Shown here in pieces: positions 61,951-64,000 of a DNA stretch of 64,000 nt. Each line of letters starts with the position of its first letter. Position 1 is the first letter of the stretch. The notes under the pieces are model-generated. The model did not search any database. It worked only from the letters and a program-made list of their open reading frames with translations, and was not told the DNA's origin. Position numbers and translations under genes: made by a program. Origin of the DNA: Negaprion brevirostris (Eukaryota); contig JARDVH010000124.1 of the NCBI GenBank assembly GCA_030324005.1, positions 41,546,744 through 41,610,743 on the forward strand. Direction: 5' to 3'.

Positions 61951-62844
61951 ACCCAAAACCTTATCAATGTCAATACCAAACCATAAAAGTAAGCTTTCAA
62001 TTGGCTTTCAAAAGTCATTTGAAGTTGTAACATTTAAGTCAAGCAAGACAATCCATTAACGTGCAAAAACATAGTATGTTAAATGACGTAAGTTATACTG
62101 ATTGATGTACACAGGTCCAAAATTTGACTTGTGCTGTAGCTTTATTAAATCAAGCAGCTTAACCTATATTTAGCCTGGTCTTCACAAATATTTTCACCAC
62201 CTACATTCAAAAAGATTGGAAAGAGATATGCGATCCCAGTTGATGTCATAACTGGATGGGAAGATCCCAGTAATGGAAACCTGGCTTCAATGTTCGTTAC
62301 TTTTACTAAAATGGAGGAGGGCTATCAATTAGCTTTTAACAACAAAAACATTTAGAAAACATGAAAGGCTTAACGATAATACAATACTACGTCACTTCCA
62401 CTTCTTTACAAATGTTCAGATTTTAAGGGATGATAGTACAAAAGTATTTCGTATGCTATTTATGTTCTCGGTGAACACATCCCTACAACTCAACAGATGC
62501 CACTCAATCTTCCATGGATTTCTCCTCCAAGTCAACCCCTCCCCCCCAGATGATTATCACGAGTGTTTCAGAATTCCACTCTCAAAAGCACACTTAAGAA
62601 CCCCACTGATGTTACCCATGAGTCTCTCAAATTCCCAAAGGATTACTTAAAATACTGATTCTGTGGTGTATATTTATTTGGAATGATGTGTGGAACAATA
62701 TACAATCCAATGGGGGAACCAGTCCAGTAATTGTGTAATGATTAACGTAGAGCATTTATAAAGTAAAGAAAAACACAACGAGAAAGACTAATATACACTA
62801 TGACTCTTAATACATTAATTACACATTTTATCTGAAATTACACA

Positions 62845-63354
62845 GGTCGCTGAAAGTGGCAATGCAGGTGGAGAAGGTACGTGGCATGCTTGCCTTCATC
62901 GGCTGGGGTACTGAGTTTAAAAATTGGCAAGTCTTATAGAACCTCAGTGAGGCCGCACTTAAAATATAGTATTCAATTCTGGTCGCCACACTACCAGAAA
63001 GATGTGGAGGATTTGGAGAGGGTACAGAAAAGATGTACCAGGATGTTGCCTTGTGTGGAGTGCATTAGCCAAGAGGTGAGGTTGGAGAAACTTGGTTTGT
63101 TCTTACTGGAGCAACGGAGGTTGAGGGGAGACTTGATAGAAGTCTACAAGATTGAGGGGCATGGACAGAGTGGATAGTCTGAAGCTTTTTCCCAGGGTGG
63201 AAGAAGCAATTGCCAGGGGGCATAGGTTTAAGGTGCGAGGGGCAAATTTTAAAAGAGATGTACGGGGCAGATTTTTTTTTTAAAAAGTGGTGGACGTCTG
63301 GAACTTATTGCCCGGGGAGGTAGTGGAAGCAGATACAGTAGTGACTTTTAAGGA
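62845..63354 (+). mobile_element. CR1 ORF2 C-terminal fragment running into N-gap
   Basis: VRPHLKYSIQFWSPHYQKDVEDLERVQKR...RRLRGDLIEVYKI. Confidence 0.92.
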
Positions 63355-63729
63355 NNNNNNNNNNNNNNNNNNNNNNNNNNNNNNNNNNNNNNNNNNNNNN
63401 NNNNNNNNNNNNNNNNNNNNNNNNNNNNNNNNNNNNNNNNNNNNNNNNNNNNNNCACTAACGACGTGAAGCACTAGGCAACTCTCGAAGCTACATCCAAG
63501 AGCAGTCCTCGCACGACCCACCGCGTGTATTCCCCTTGTTGGTCAACAAGGCGGACCGAATCACCTGTGAAGTAAAAGAAAAGACATCAATAAACATGCA
63601 AAATTTAGACATTTACGGAATCTCCAGAAGCGCAGAAATAAAGCAAGTTAGCCATGAAATATTTTGGAAGGTCCATAGGAATCAACTGATTTATTTGGAC
63701 TTTTAATTTAGCATAGTATTAGCTGCTCA

Positions 63730-63925
63730 TGGTGCGATTTCCTTTACTCCAGGGAGGACAAACACAGATTGGGTGACTTTGCAGAACACCTCCATTTAGT
63801 CCCAAGCCTCACTGGTTAATGTAATTTCCTGTCCCACTCTTCTGCCTAACACACTGTTTCAACTAAGTTCAACATAAGTACTTCATCTTCCAGTTAGGCA
63901 CATTATAGCATTCTGGCTTCAAATG
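63730..63925 (+). mobile_element. Decayed Penelope-like GIY-YIG endonuclease remnant
   Basis: Fragments read like TKHRLGD.FAEHL and FIFQLGTL*HSGF, typical of the Penelope endonuclease C-terminus. Confidence 0.55.
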
Positions 63926-64000
63926 TTTTGTGCCGTTATTGCAGTACTTTTTTTAAAAACACGACAACGGTTGATGATTCAACTGGCCGGGGGGGGGGGG

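Noticed and set aside
63988-64000. Terminal poly-G run as a G-quadruplex or promoter
   Set aside because: Truncated by the window edge and may be a homopolymer or sequencing artefact.
1-64000. CRISPR arrays, operons or other prokaryotic systems
   Set aside because: The sequence is intron-rich vertebrate DNA with no repeat-spacer arrays or long ORFs.

Overview
AT-rich, CpG-depleted vertebrate DNA, most likely from a shark or other elasmobranch (inferred from V-SINE/HE1-type, Deu-domain SINE, CR1, L2, Rex1 and Penelope repeats). The window holds most of one gene on the minus strand, the Rab-GAP TBC1D12. Eleven coding exons are readable with GT-AG junctions and consistent phases (exons 2 and 4-13 by analogy to the mammalian gene). 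Exon 3 appears to lie almost entirely in an N-gap at about 26.8-26.9 kb, and exon 1 lies beyond the right edge. A ~1.8 kb 3'UTR ends near 5450. The introns are dense with decayed transposons, several of them nested. The most unusual signal is a ~305 bp poly(A)-tailed interspersed element present twice (39.65 kb and 44.5 kb). It starts with the 5' 40 nt of U2 snRNA, carries a second internal U2 fragment and several hairpins, and is a candidate U2-headed SINE (SINEU-like) family. Repeat boundaries and family names were judged by eye and are approximate.
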